Positions 21,401 through 31,952 of a stretch of DNA of 64,000 nt are shown here, piece by piece. Within the stretch, counting starts at the first letter, position 1. Every line of letters starts with the position of its first letter. Made by a program: the position numbers and the translations under genes. The notes below the pieces were generated by a model, which was not told the origin of the DNA, ran no database searches, and worked only from the letters and a program-made list of their open reading frames with translations. Source of the stretch: Cyanidioschyzon merolae (taxonomy: Eukaryota); assembly GCA_000091205.1 (NCBI GenBank), contig AP006500.2; one strand, written 5' to 3'.

Positions 21401-24400
21401 CAGACGAAACAACTCCACTGGCCAGCCGCGAGCGTACAACACCGTCAATAGGCGACGCGCTGTGCGTCGCGGCAACGACGACTCTTGGAGCAGCGCTCGC
21501 AGAGACGAAACCAAGCCCACCAGATAGATACACTGTGCTGGCTCCAGATGAGCGGTTGTCGGTCGTTGCACCAGCTCCCATACGTCCCCCGTGAACAGCG
21601 TCTCGCAGGCAGCCCAGTGACCAACAAGCACGTCAGCTAGGGTGATGTCCAGTTCACTCTCCTGGAGCACACACTGGTAGAATGGACGAACATTCACCCC
21701 GAATATAGCCAAAGCGCGTGCAACGCCAAACACCTCGGTAACATTCTGCTCGGCACGTTCACTGCTCCACTGCATCGTATCGGTTGCCGGGGATGAAGCA
21801 GCCTGCGCCGTACCACCGGAACGCCAGGGCGGTGACTGCAGCGGCCTCGAAGGCACCGCTCTGGTAGCGTTCGACAGTCGACTGGTACGATCCGCCGCGG
21901 TGGACGCTTGCTCAATCATTACCACCTCGATTTCCAGGGATCTCTTCGCTGGAAGCGCGACTGGATACACTGTAACTGCTTCGAAGGCACACTGGGCAAG
22001 CGCGAAACGAGCCAGTCGCTCTAAGCACCCGACTGCCTGCAGAAGCGTTCCGTCGCCTACTGCAGTGTCCGTAGCGGCAGACGCAGCTGCAGCTCTGCCG
22101 CCACTCATACCACGGAGACGAAACTTGTGCTTCAGCTGTTGACCCCAGAGCGCGAGCAGCATCAGAAGCGTTCCGAGTTCACTGGCCAGAGAGAGCGTCT
22201 GCGGCCAGTCAGATTCGAGTATTGCTTCGAAAAGCGGCGGTGCTCGCTGGGCATTGCGACTTGCGTGCGTCGATAACGATGACGATGACGCTCGTTGTGA
22301 GCCAATGGATGACGCTCGGATTCGTGTGCAATGCACCGGGGAGACCTGGTTCAGCACCAGCGGTAGCGCTTGGGCAAGACGCTGGCCAAGCATGGCGCGT
22401 ACACGAGCGGCCTCGATCACCATGCCAGCTCGCAACGCCTGACGACGTACCGATTCCGTCACTTGGATTAGTTGACGAACGCTCGGAACCGCTCGATCTT
22501 CATTCGAGCTGAGCAGGTACAACCCCAGCGGAACAAACAGCGAACGCAAAGCCTCCAGCCACAGCGCGGCCTGCAACTCCTCAAGTCGCTCCCGTGTGAG
22601 TGCAGCAACGCGTCGCTCAGCGGACTGGCGCGATGTAGCAAGCAACGCCTTGCGTAGCAACTCGCAGAACATCATCGCGCTATCCAAGGCAAGCAGCTCT
22701 TCCGTCCGCTGCACCACGAGTACCTCGAGTGATGCACCCGCAGAGGCCGCAGCGCTCTCGTCCACATTGTCGTTCGTGGTGCTAGCGCTGAGTGCTTGAT
22801 GCTGGTCGCGCTCGCGGAGCCAGCTTTGTAGTTCACTGAGCACCACTTGTTCAAAAATCGTCTGCACTGTTGGGCCGCGTTTCCACAGGCCCCTAATGAA
22901 ACTCAAGTCGTAGCCCGAGTGGAATCGAGCACGAGATAGCGCAGGTCGATAGAGCATCACTCGCACGAGACAAGACAGCATACGTCCGAGAATTGAGCTG
23001 GGCGTTGGCCCCGGTCGCAACTGCCCCAACGGGGCTGTTGGTACCTCAGCCAGCTCCGTGCACGTCGATTCCACGGGTTGAAGCAAAGCCTCCAGCTGTT
23101 CCCGTCGGATGCAGAGAGCATCTAGCGCATGCCAGGCGGCTATGTATGCTTCTGCTGTCGCCGGGAGGTCCATCGATGTCGACTGCTCCGCCGCCAGCAC
23201 AGCCAGTAATCCGTCGATGGTGTGTTCCTCCCAGAAAACTGCTGCATTGGCGGGATCATCGTTCATTGCCAAGGCCAAGGTCTGCGTTGCGACGCTCCAG
23301 ACAGCACCACCAAACAGTCTCGGATGGCGCAGGACTTGCTCCAGCAAGTGTCGAATCACAGGTTGATGTAGGGTCAAGGGCTCCGCCGGCGTTCCGGCAG
23401 CAGCGGTAGCATTCCCACCAGAGGTTGCCGGGCCCGAGTGCGCACCTGTCGCTTGCGCGCGTTCTGAAGGTAACCACGCCGTTGGACCAGTTGTGCTCGC
23501 AGCTGGCATCGTACCGGAGAGTGTCGGTGATGCATTCCGTATCAAAGAGGCAGCAGCGGGAGTCCCGTTACCGTTCGATTGACTCTCGTAGCGTAACAGC
23601 AAAAAGTGCCAAGCGATGCGCATCCAGGTGCTCTCCAGCAGCGTCAACGTTCCAAACGTTTCCGAAAGTGCCTCGGCTGCGTCATGGTGTGCCCAGGGGT
23701 ACGCCCGGATGCGTTCTAGGTAGCGTTCGTGTTCCCGATGAGCAGCGGACCTCTCAGAAACGTGCCCGATGAGGTATTGCAGCTGTGCGAGTAGCATCTG
23801 CTGGACGTATGCCATTTCGTGGCGAAGCAATCCGAAAAAAGAGTCATCAGAGCGCGTTTGACGAAACACCATCGTCCAGAACTGCAATGCCCATAGCGAC
23901 AGCAGTGAAGCTGGGGCAACCGCCCCCAGTACACCGGTCAGTTTTTGAAACAAACCCACCAGTTGCAGTTGTAAACGCCCATCGAGATGCTGGAGACGTC
24001 GCTCCCGCCGCAGTAGTCGACTCATGGTGCTCAGATAGAGCTCCAGCCGCTCGGCGTGACTAGAGGATGCATCATTGGGCGTTTCCTGTTGCGTCTGGAG
24101 TGCAGTACACACCGCCTGGAACAGCCAACTGGCTCCGCGGCCATGTAGCATCGATGTGAGCAGCGGTTTCTCCCACTTCCACGTCGCTGCAGCAACAGCT
24201 AGCAGACGCAGCGACGCACGCTCGACAAGAGCCCTGACACTGGGGTGGAGCTCGACGCTCACTGCGTTTCGCGCTCCGTTAGCCAGCGCCGGGCGTTGAC
24301 TGGTTTGAAAGAAGGCACCCCGCAGAGTATCGATCACGTCCTCCCAAAAGTGTGGTTCGCTCATCAACAACTGCTCCAGAGATACTCGCGCCGTGCCCGA

Positions 24401-25594
24401 GCTCGACAGCAGCACCGCCATGGCCTCGAAACGGACCGCCAGACGCAAGAGGCCCCACTCGAGCCGGAAACGACACCAGTGACGCAAGTTCGTTCGTTGC
24501 GAGCGTCGCTGACCCCGTGCAGCATTCACAGTGCTCGCTTTTGGGCACGCTTGGACTCGTTGCTCCGGCGCTGTACGCTCATGATGGATGCTTGCTCGCC
24601 AGTGAGGTGCAAAAGCGTCCTGCAGTGACGCCCACTGGAGCACATCCAAGCAAGGACTTGATCCCTCCGTATCAGGGCGTGTTCGTAGCGCATGAAAAGC
24701 GCTTCTGTAAGCACCGGCTTCGGATGCTGAGTCCAGTGGACTGGTGCGGCACCAGGCGCATGACCTTGAGGCCGCACTAATGTTCTCCTCGAGCGCAGCG
24801 GGAACCACACGATCCCCGGCATTCTCCGCAACGCTCTCTATTTCCATGGACGAATCCGGTGAGCTACGACTTTCCCAGCGCGTAAACTCAAGTCCACTAC
24901 CCGAGAGAGACTGCTCGTCGGTGCTGGTATCGGTGCACGAGGCCACTGCAACCGTCTCGGTGACTGGCTCGGCGGCAGCCTGCGTACGAGCACGCAGAGC
25001 CCGGAACAAGTCATCATAAACAGGATCGTGTCTGCAGAGTTCCAGGAGAGAATCCACGAGACGAGGTCCCAACCAGGCTGCGTCGGCACTCAAGGGTGCG
25101 TAAGCAGCCTCGCTCAGGAACGGCACCCGTGCTACCTGCCACCAAACTTCAAGAGCCTGGATCACAAGAACGAGACAGTCGGTTTCCAATATCTCTTGCA
25201 TAAGATCAAAAGGAAGCACCGACTGGCGGCATTCGGGTGCGAGTTGCGCAGCCAGCCAACCGAGCTTCGTGAGGTCTACCGCCAGTTCGCGGAATACACC
25301 GTTTCGTGCACCAGTCTGTCCAGCTTCGGCGACATCAGCGTCTCTAGTCGATAACGCCCTCATTGCGCGCAAGTTCCGTTCAATCGAAGCCCAAACTTGC
25401 TCAATCCAACCCTTCCACGGAGACGCTAGGCGAAGTAGCGGGTACGTGAGCCACGGACTCGGAGCCGCTGCTGTCACCTTCCAGGTTGTTCCCGTAGGGG
25501 CAGTGCCGGCCTGTGTACCCGTCCAAACACGCTCGAGCCAAGAGTCGAGCTGATCAGGATCAAACCCGAACCAATCATTCGTCTCGTACTCCAT
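18479..25594 (-). CDS. Large (2371 aa) uncharacterised protein, Leu/Ala-rich and probably helical-repeat, with a polyQ tract
   Basis: Uninterrupted 7.1-kb ORF with protein-like composition throughout, and with an N-terminus beginning MEYETNDWFGFDPDQLDSWLERVW. It carries a Q18-like tract (QQQQQQQQQQQQEQQQQQ, DNA about 19735-19790) and poly-T/A/S linker tracts. I recognise no catalytic motif. Confidence 0.6.
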   Translation of the reverse strand: MEYETNDWFGFDPDQLDSWLERVWTGTQAGTAPTGTTWKVTAAAPSPWLTYPLLRLASPWKGWIEQVWASIERNLRAMRALSTRDADVAEAGQTGARNGVFRELAVDLTKLGWLAAQLAPECRQSVLPFDLMQEILETDCLVLVIQALEVWWQVARVPFLSEAAYAPLSADAAWLGPRLVDSLLELCRHDPVYDDLFRALRARTQAAAEPVTETVAVASCTDTSTDEQSLSGSGLEFTRWESRSSPDSSMEIESVAENAGDRVVPAALEENISAASRSCAWCRTSPLDSASEAGAYRSAFHALRTRPDTEGSSPCLDVLQWASLQDAFAPHWRASIHHERTAPEQRVQACPKASTVNAARGQRRSQRTNLRHWCRFRLEWGLLRLAVRFEAMAVLLSSSGTARVSLEQLLMSEPHFWEDVIDTLRGAFFQTSQRPALANGARNAVSVELHPSVRALVERASLRLLAVAAATWKWEKPLLTSMLHGRGASWLFQAVCTALQTQQETPNDASSSHAERLELYLSTMSRLLRRERRLQHLDGRLQLQLVGLFQKLTGVLGAVAPASLLSLWALQFWTMVFRQTRSDDSFFGLLRHEMAYVQQMLLAQLQYLIGHVSERSAAHREHERYLERIRAYPWAHHDAAEALSETFGTLTLLESTWMRIAWHFLLLRYESQSNGNGTPAAASLIRNASPTLSGTMPAASTTGPTAWLPSERAQATGAHSGPATSGGNATAAAGTPAEPLTLHQPVIRHLLEQVLRHPRLFGGAVWSVATQTLALAMNDDPANAAVFWEEHTIDGLLAVLAAEQSTSMDLPATAEAYIAAWHALDALCIRREQLEALLQPVESTCTELAEVPTAPLGQLRPGPTPSSILGRMLSCLVRVMLYRPALSRARFHSGYDLSFIRGLWKRGPTVQTIFEQVVLSELQSWLRERDQHQALSASTTNDNVDESAAASAGASLEVLVVQRTEELLALDSAMMFCELLRKALLATSRQSAERRVAALTRERLEELQAALWLEALRSLFVPLGLYLLSSNEDRAVPSVRQLIQVTESVRRQALRAGMVIEAARVRAMLGQRLAQALPLVLNQVSPVHCTRIRASSIGSQRASSSSLSTHASRNAQRAPPLFEAILESDWPQTLSLASELGTLLMLLALWGQQLKHKFRLRGMSGGRAAAASAATDTAVGDGTLLQAVGCLERLARFALAQCAFEAVTVYPVALPAKRSLEIEVVMIEQASTAADRTSRLSNATRAVPSRPLQSPPWRSGGTAQAASSPATDTMQWSSERAEQNVTEVFGVARALAIFGVNVRPFYQCVLQESELDITLADVLVGHWAACETLFTGDVWELVQRPTTAHLEPAQCIYLVGLVSSLRALLQESSLPRRTARRLLTVLYARGWPVELFRLVRQLVPPVSLDTCRALDALLDLLVVALLAEDLALGDATPSSERREATAARLAPAGDAVGVETRSRRDSDAATRMTAAAFGMSGGSSAVAATTPPPTTTTTMAAAASPNDAWNAEQATRTSYLALVSVLVRRLLEHDWSQWPRLFVFRLLNLVRLLLAVDASPPAPAPSSLLASGGGAAPPVAGLEAGLRWRSSERAPMHRHPDLLLDSDEALERFVDTYGKGSSFPLRPARIDVLLPWSRRLLRLLQVGHRRQRMPQLDWISFQQQLRKWVREQALHRLFSAPPETLDTALVAECWSLLPPTTWLEDKSLLSSRQMDATGTSRTRPLDEHPLASLVVRAPAVAVHWIARLGFHDTSVSMLRVLAEILEASLDTCPPQDARMPAYLMLYALLLRVITAHSVHEPAAGATQPTGRIAERPSYVTTVPYIPRGVLTAHLPRFLARQALGTLWQYRWKRVRLPTVLEQMLGVIRPLWDWIEAHQVAGAASAEPSQRLALLDLELSALEAVVAAAHAQVRVAAPTPAAVLQAFLRMQRHIDALRAQQQQQQQQQQQQEQQQQQVAPLVARMLHAWLLLAEYVRIAFYEHDIGLVISAFDRVLREAFRESLSQSGQHQHTVTAASLNPVLERLQALHPMALSVSLMRCLRPVDATRDRRAEPRYQLNSDCPSIETVRVDGNLLTLLMSHEEPGLVWALASCMSTFGAPFATALTRVLRRPSAASYRDWLVRCLAAQAPNMQASVAAGAADPLSAVDWRYLSARALVVQLSAHAGEPQALALELWTEALQRWRDLQAFEGVSVRSEAVLTSTATHERPQSIARLASLTTRLVVHDAHRQMATTGGSNLLLELYGSSFQEPTQANTLLECLYQLAVFYGPGLLQYGPDRTGRYPLLKNGAALEAHRLRELLRSLPSVKSDLFDYAPLLGALGRARLPEPVLDPESMLEPNQELSWSGAALERKRSADTDDAEETISRSPSF

Positions 25595-25914
25595 AATGCA
25601 GACGAAACGGTAGTTGCTCTATCAGCAACGCTGAACAGTGCGCGAAAAGCAACTGTGTTTGCGCGCAGGTCCGCTCGCGAAGCCAGACGCCGCAGGCTAT
25701 ACCTTTCCGCAGAACGCGACTTTCGATAACACCTTCCTAGTGCTGTTTGGTACAGCAAAACTGTCCAAGGAATCCAAGAAGCTTCACAGTCCAGTGCCTG
25801 CAGTTGACGCAAACATAACCCCGCACCGTATCGGTCGTGAACACAATGCCTTACGTCCGCAGCTCAAGCGAGCACGCTTTGGGTTCTAGGTATAGGAAGC
25901 GCTTCGCCCTGCAT

Positions 25915-26345
25915 TGTATTACGCTATGAAGTGTTGGATTGTAGTACACTAGGATTTGTTATATAGTTTTACGCTATGAAGTGTTGGATTGTAGTACACT
26001 AGGATTTGTTACATTATTTTACGCTATGAAGTGTTGGATTGTAGTACACTAGGATTTGTTACATTATTTTACGCTATGAAGTGTTGGATTGTAGTACATT
26101 AGGATTGGTTACATTATTTTTAAGCTATGAAGTGTTGGATTGTAGTACATTAGGATTTGTTACATTATTTTTAAGCTATGAAGTGTTGGATTGTAGTACA
26201 CTAGGATTTGTTACATTATTTTACGCTATGAAGTGTTGGATTGTAGTACATTAGGATTTGTTACATAGTTTTACATAATAAAGTGTTGAATTTTAGTACA
26301 CTAGGATTGGTTATATCGTTTTACATTATAAAGTTTTGGATTGTA
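25915..26345. repeat. Minisatellite, ~9 copies of a 50-51-bp unit ('acgctatgaagtgttggattgtagtacactaggatttgttacattatttt'), followed to ~26445 by two degenerate ~58-bp related units
   Basis: 'gaagtgttgg' recurs at 25928, 25978, 26028, 26078, 26129 and onward with a 50/51-bp period. The block is AT-richer than its flanks. It lies in the divergent intergenic region between the 2371-aa gene (-) and the cyclophilin gene (+). Confidence 0.9.
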
Positions 26346-27498
26346 GTACATTGCACTGCATTGCTTTCATTTGTCACATCGCTTTACACGATGATGTTAT
26401 GGACTGTAGTTCATTGCACTGCATTGCTTTGATGTGCGCGATGTACCGTCGAGCGTAGCACTGGCGTCGACGGCGCCTGCTACGAGTACGGCTCGAGGGC
26501 TGGTTTCGTTGCGCATTCGCCACGTGCTCGGGAAACGGTGCCGGGTCCACAGGTTAGGTCTGAGACGACTGGAAACCTGTCTAGGTTAGAGGGGCGTTCA
26601 TCAAGTACTACTACGTAGGCAACAGGAAGCCGTCGTTCCAGGCGTGAACGGTGTCGCGGGAATAGTCAGCGTGGTGCAGCGCGGGCAAGTTGCTGTACGC
26701 GAGTACGCGCGGCGTTTTTATCCCGGTTTGCAACGCGGCTGCTGCCAGCGTCTGTACCTACACTTTGCCAAAAAAAGCAATTTCCAGATTTTCGGTCACC
26801 TGGAAGGGTTTTATCTGAGCACTACGGACCACACGCCGTTCGGCTATGCTGGCTGCCACCGCATGGAACAGCACACTGCACGGAGAGGCTCCAGCGAGCA
26901 CTTGAGCCGTTCTCGGGGCGTGCGAGCAACAGCACGCAACGCTACGTCCATAAATGGAAACGAGGGTTTTTATGCAGCTACTTGGAACGTCGTCGTGGTG
27001 TGCAAGCGGGTGCCAGTGCCGTGTGCATCAGCTTTGAGCAACTTATGTTGGATTTCACAGCCGCGGCTTTGGATTCAAAGCCACAGCAGCAATCGCGGCT
27101 TTGGCGCGTCCGTTTGCACCCAACCAACGGGCGAGAATCGACATGTGCGCTCGAGTACGCATCCCATGGACTACTGGCTTCGTACTAGGACACATTGCCG
27201 CCAGACTCGGAGGCGTTCCCGCAATCGCGCTCGTTTTCGCGTAGGCGCTGAACCTTTAGCAACCCCAACTCCAAATCGTCAAACTACTCTGTACGGGAGA
27301 TGTGGATGGCAGTGGGCGCATGGGAGCTTCCAGCGCGTTCGAGCTACAAAATTCCAGACCCTGGGCGAGAGCACCTGCCGTTTGGTGCTGGCAACTGACG
27401 GCGATGGACGACCAAAACGATCGCCCTGCCATTGGCAACGAATGCGAATGCTCGGAGAGCCCGCTTCGAAAGGATGCACAGCCGCTGAAACTAGCAGA

Positions 27499-28965
27499 AT
27501 GGGAAGCTTGATGCGGCACTCGCTGACAAACTTGCGGCTCGATGTTCCCAGCCTTGTCGATACTGGTGTGCGCTGGGCATGCGCGCTGGTGATATCCGCC
27601 GGTGTCACCCTCTGTGGTGTCCATCCGGATAGCGTGGCTGTTGGTCGCGCGTCTGCAGCAGAAGGCGCTTCCGACTCCATTGCAGACTTTGCACGAACTG
27701 TTGGTGCTGCCCAGCCACGAACCAGCATCGATCGATTTGGGAACCCGCTGCTCCGTCGATACGTTTCAACGGATGGAGCGGCAGTTTTGCGGTGGTCGCT
27801 CCCGTTGCCAGAAGACTCCCCTTTTTGGGAGATTCAACGCCAGCTAGAACAGGTGGACGTCGAATTGAGCTTACGCGGAAGCTTCCGCCGCGGTCTGCGT
27901 GAGGCGCTGAAGAGTGCTCGCCAGGCGCTCGCTGCTCTGCAACGAGAGCGTCTCGATATTCTGCTCGATGTTGGCCGTGAACAAGTTGTCGTTGACACCC
28001 TCCGAAGAACGGAGCAGGAAATCACCCATCTTGTCGAGTCTCTGGAGCAACTAAACGCGTTGGGCCCGGGCTCAACGCAGCCGACGATACGCAGCGTGGC
28101 GGCAGCCGTGCGAGCGGAAGCATCCGCGTCCCGCTCGGGGGCCTTGGCGGAGCTCGCTCGCCTCGAGGAGGCCAGCATACGCCGTGTGCCTTTTCGCATT
28201 CCTCGTCGATACGATGACGAGGCGCGGCTGCGAGGCCGAGCGCTGGTACGACTCTACCTGGAAGCGCCGAAGACGACCGCCGGCGCTCGCCCAGCCCGCA
28301 GCGATACGGGGCAAACGCGCGGAACACCTGCACCTTGTGTGCTGCAGGTCGTGGTAGACGGCTGGAACGCCCCGCTCACATCCGGCAACTTTGTTCGGCG
28401 AGTGCTTGCCCATGAATACGACGGCATGCCGCTCATCGCGGAAGAGCAGGGCTCCTTCGTTTTCTTCAGCGAAGCCGCGAACGACGGCAAGCCTGCTGAC
28501 ACCGAGCATCTGCTTCCGCTGGAGATCCTGCTCGAGGGCGAGCCCGCTCCCCTGTACGGCGAGTCGATCGATACGGCTATGGTGGCAACCCAGCGGCAGC
28601 CGCCGGTGCTGCCAGTTGGCCCTTTCGGAACCCTGGCAATGGCACATTCCACCGAAGATGTCAACGATGCGCAGCGCGCTTTCTACATCTTTACTTTTGA
28701 TAAGCGATCGCTGGCTGCGAATAATCCCACCGGCAACGCCTTTACTGGCACCGTAGCAGTTTTCGGGTACCTTCCGGATGCATCTTCATTACAGTGCCTC
28801 GCAAATTTGCATCCAGGGTATCGGATTCGAACAGCTGAACTGGTGTACGGCAGGGAACGTTATTTTGGCAATGCTGCCGAGGAAGCGCGAGTGCTTGGCC
28901 CAGCGGGTAGCTTTCCAGATGAAATGCGTTTGGCGCTTCTGGAGCGTCGGCAACCTGAAACCTAA
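27499..28965 (+). CDS. CYP38/TLP40-like cyclophilin-type peptidyl-prolyl isomerase (thylakoid-lumen type: N-terminal helical region plus C-terminal divergent cyclophilin domain)
   Basis: The C-terminal domain is collinear with plant CYP38: 'VVVDGWNAPLTSGNFVRRVLAHEYDGMPLI' (cf. [29 protein letters not shown]), 'PLEILLEGEPAPLYG' (cf. PLEIMVTGEKTPFYG), 'GPFGTLAMAH' (cf. AFGTMAMAR), 'GTVAVFGYLPDAS...ELVYG'. The start is set at the in-frame Met MGSLMRHSLTNL..., which is followed by a hydrophobic presequence-like segment. The ORF runs open upstream to 26644, but that part is Arg/Cys/Trp-rich and not protein-like. Confidence 0.75.
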   Translation: MGSLMRHSLTNLRLDVPSLVDTGVRWACALVISAGVTLCGVHPDSVAVGRASAAEGASDSIADFARTVGAAQPRTSIDRFGNPLLRRYVSTDGAAVLRWSLPLPEDSPFWEIQRQLEQVDVELSLRGSFRRGLREALKSARQALAALQRERLDILLDVGREQVVVDTLRRTEQEITHLVESLEQLNALGPGSTQPTIRSVAAAVRAEASASRSGALAELARLEEASIRRVPFRIPRRYDDEARLRGRALVRLYLEAPKTTAGARPARSDTGQTRGTPAPCVLQVVVDGWNAPLTSGNFVRRVLAHEYDGMPLIAEEQGSFVFFSEAANDGKPADTEHLLPLEILLEGEPAPLYGESIDTAMVATQRQPPVLPVGPFGTLAMAHSTEDVNDAQRAFYIFTFDKRSLAANNPTGNAFTGTVAVFGYLPDASSLQCLANLHPGYRIRTAELVYGRERYFGNAAEEARVLGPAGSFPDEMRLALLERRQPET

Positions 28966-31952
28966 AGTCTGATATTTTGAGCACCCGAGGACAGCGTCGG
29001 TAAACTTGCTTGAACGTATCCCTGGGAGTCATGCAGAGAGGTGTGCGAAGCGGAGAGAGAGCGACAGGTGCATGCAGGCAATTGAGATGCACGACCCGTT
29101 CAGGCTGTTAAGCAGCATTCTCGAATCGTTTTATATGGTGATCGTTCTGGACCCAGGCAGGAAAATCGTTGCTGACGCATCTGCATGTACAAATGGGGTG
29201 CTCCAGGCATGTAGTGTGCTGAATGGACCAAACTTGTGCCTTGATCCGGTCGGGAAACGAAAGCTCCCTCTTTGTCGCTGAGTTTGCTTTCCGAAAGTCT
29301 CGAACGTAGCAGCGAAATGCCTAGACCGAGTTTGGAAGGATATTCTAAACAGCGTTGCTCGACTTGAAACCGCTGGACGCTCCAGAAGCACAAGCGATTC
29401 CCGACTGTTATTCGAGGTGTTCAAGTCTCGATTTCGAGAGTGCTTGAGCAAATGGCGGCCTGTTGAAGAACACCAAAGCGCAAGCGTCTCATTTTCGATT
29501 ACCTCGTCATCTGATGACCGCTTCATTTACAGTACTCCATCTGACGGAAACGAATCTATTTCACGTTCAGATTTTACACTTATTCCAAGGTGTACTCGTG
29601 CTCGCGATACGTCAATGTCGTCTTGACTGCATCGATGAGCATCGTCGCAAGTCAATTTCTGCAATTGTTCTGCTCTCCGGGTGAAGGAGCAGAAGTGCAG
29701 GCCTTGCGCGCTGCAGCACCTCCAGGCCCATGGGGTACTCCATCAAACGATGCGGGTCATCGGTCATTTGGATTTCGAACTCATGGAACAAGATGGACAA
29801 TGCATGCATCCTTCCTTTGAACAAGCGAAACTGTTGGCGTACCTTGCTGAGTCTCATGTATGCTCGGCACAGGTCCTCTTCGAGAGCCATTTGGACGTTC
29901 GCGTACGCTCACTACAGGAGAAATTCGAAGCATTCGCTTCTTTGCCCAGTGTGGTGCTCAGCGCGTCGAGAATGGTACGGATGCGGTCACGCTGCTTGCT
30001 GGCCTCCATCATGCCCTACTCTTGAAATGAGGACGGGAAGGCGCACGGATTCGGGGCGTCCGCTCTGCGCTGTGGGGCGCTGTTCAGGAACACGTGGCAG
30101 CGCAAGATGCAAAAAAAGTGCAGGGATCACGTTGCACCCAGCCTTTGATGAAGACGTTTGCTGGTCCGAGGCCCGATATCAACTCCATGAGCTTGGGCGC
30201 TCTGGAGTGTCACTTGCCCACGGGCCAAGATCGCTTCCGAACTCGCAAGCACCTCGGTACCTTCCGCCACCAACTCGTCATTTGCCTCCATCGGTATGGT
30301 ACACCAAGAACTCCTTCCATCATTCCCACCTTTTATAGGGCAGTAGGCTAAGCCTTCACCAAGTTCAGCGGCAAAAGGGTACACCTCGTGAAGCGCTCAA
30401 CATTGATTCACATTCGGATTTCGCTTTTGAGCTTGGTTTGATACTTTTGGGCACCTGTGCTGTGTTTAGTATCGTTCCAGCGACGAGGCGCCGCTTCATT
30501 TCCTGGTATGCTGGCGGTCGTCCGTGCAAATCTCTTATCCTGCGAACACGCCGTACCAAATGTAGTGTTCTGGGTACCAGTTGTGTTGTTGCACAACTAT
30601 TGGATAGAAATATCCAGAGGAATATAGACAGCTGGTAGCCGTGCCTCCGGAAACTCTGTGCACCCTTGCTCGGCGTCGTGTCTCGGGACAAGTGAAGCGA
30701 TGCGATCCCTAATAGCGTCCTGCGTCTCTCGGTGGCATCGATGCGAACAACTCGTCTATGGATTCGTGAGTTTCGGAACGATGTTTGACACCAGAAACGA
30801 CACCTTCGTCTGCATTGAACCGGGGAACCTCGGCAGGCACAAACCGCAGCTCCATGGAAACCTCAGCTGCGTACGCCTTTTCGCTTTTGTGCGATCGAAT
30901 GCAATAATGTCCAACAGAGCGACACAAGCATCTGGGATGGAGAAGCCACCAGGAGCGCTTTCATGAAGTATGAGGTGCTGAACGAGCCTGTCCCTACGGT
31001 GATTTACGGATGGTCATTCGATGAAATCACCGCTGGCGCTGACGTACACGGAATGCTCACTTGCCACAACCGTAGGGAGAGCGTTATACCCCTGTTCGAG
31101 CACTCGTATATATCTACCATTCAACTGTTCACAAAGTCTCATCGATTGAGACGAACATCCGTCCATTACGTCATAAGCGTTCGCGTTTTAGTATGGAATC
31201 GATGAAGCCGTGTTCAGCGCGCAACGTGCTCCCGTAAAAGCGCGTGCTTTCTGTGCCCGTCCGTGTCGTTGCTCACCATTCCTATCTCTAGTACAGAAAC
31301 AGCACATCTTTCGACTTGCTCAGCGATATTCATGAGAGCGCGTATCGAGTGGGACGGAGTGACGACGAGACAGTCATATGGACAGTATTTGAAAGGTTTT
31401 GGGTGGCTAACCAACAGAACAAGGTCTAGAAAGCGGCCTCGTCATTCACTTGAACATCGTGGAATACGTGAAATATCTGAGTGAAAACGTTTTGTTGCGT
31501 GACTCCAGTGACAGCATCTGGTCTTTCCGCGACATTGCTCTAATTTTCGGGATACACTGCTCTTGCCGACACCTGCGAGAACGACAATCAAGAACAAAAA
31601 GTGTGTGCTGGTTCAGGCGTTCGCAAATTTACTACTCTGAGATGAACACAACGCCCTGGTCATCTCTCGATGCGTCTGTAAAAACGCGATTTCTCGCTCC
31701 GGAAGGAGCACGCCTCGCACAGCCGTGCGACGCCCCCAAGAACGTTGACAGGAAACGGGATCACTTTCATGACAGCATTCAGCATTCCGTTCCTGCGCGG
31801 CAACAACCAGCCAACCTATCAACCTACCTGCTTGCCTGCCTGCCTCGTCGTCACCAATTGGTGCCAGAGCGGTAGACATAGTGCCTGCCGGACATCTGAG
31901 CAGGCGCTGCAGTTGCATCCTGATCATCCCCCAGTCCTGCATGAGCGATTGC

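Noticed and set aside
18479-25594. The 2371-aa protein considered as separase, because APC1 lies nearby
   Set aside because: The C-terminus lacks any caspase-like His/Cys peptidase C50 signature, so the proximity to APC1 is probably coincidental.
25915-26445. Tandem arrays (50-bp and 81-bp units) considered as CRISPR arrays
   Set aside because: The units are contiguous with no unique spacers and are not palindromic. The context is eukaryotic and no cas-like ORFs are present, so these are minisatellites.
26644-27498. 5' extension of the cyclophilin ORF, which would give a 773-aa protein
   Set aside because: The extension is rich in Arg/Cys/Trp/His, has no similarity to the CYP38 N-domain, and would run into the promoter region. 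An in-frame Met followed by a presequence-like segment gives a protein of canonical length.
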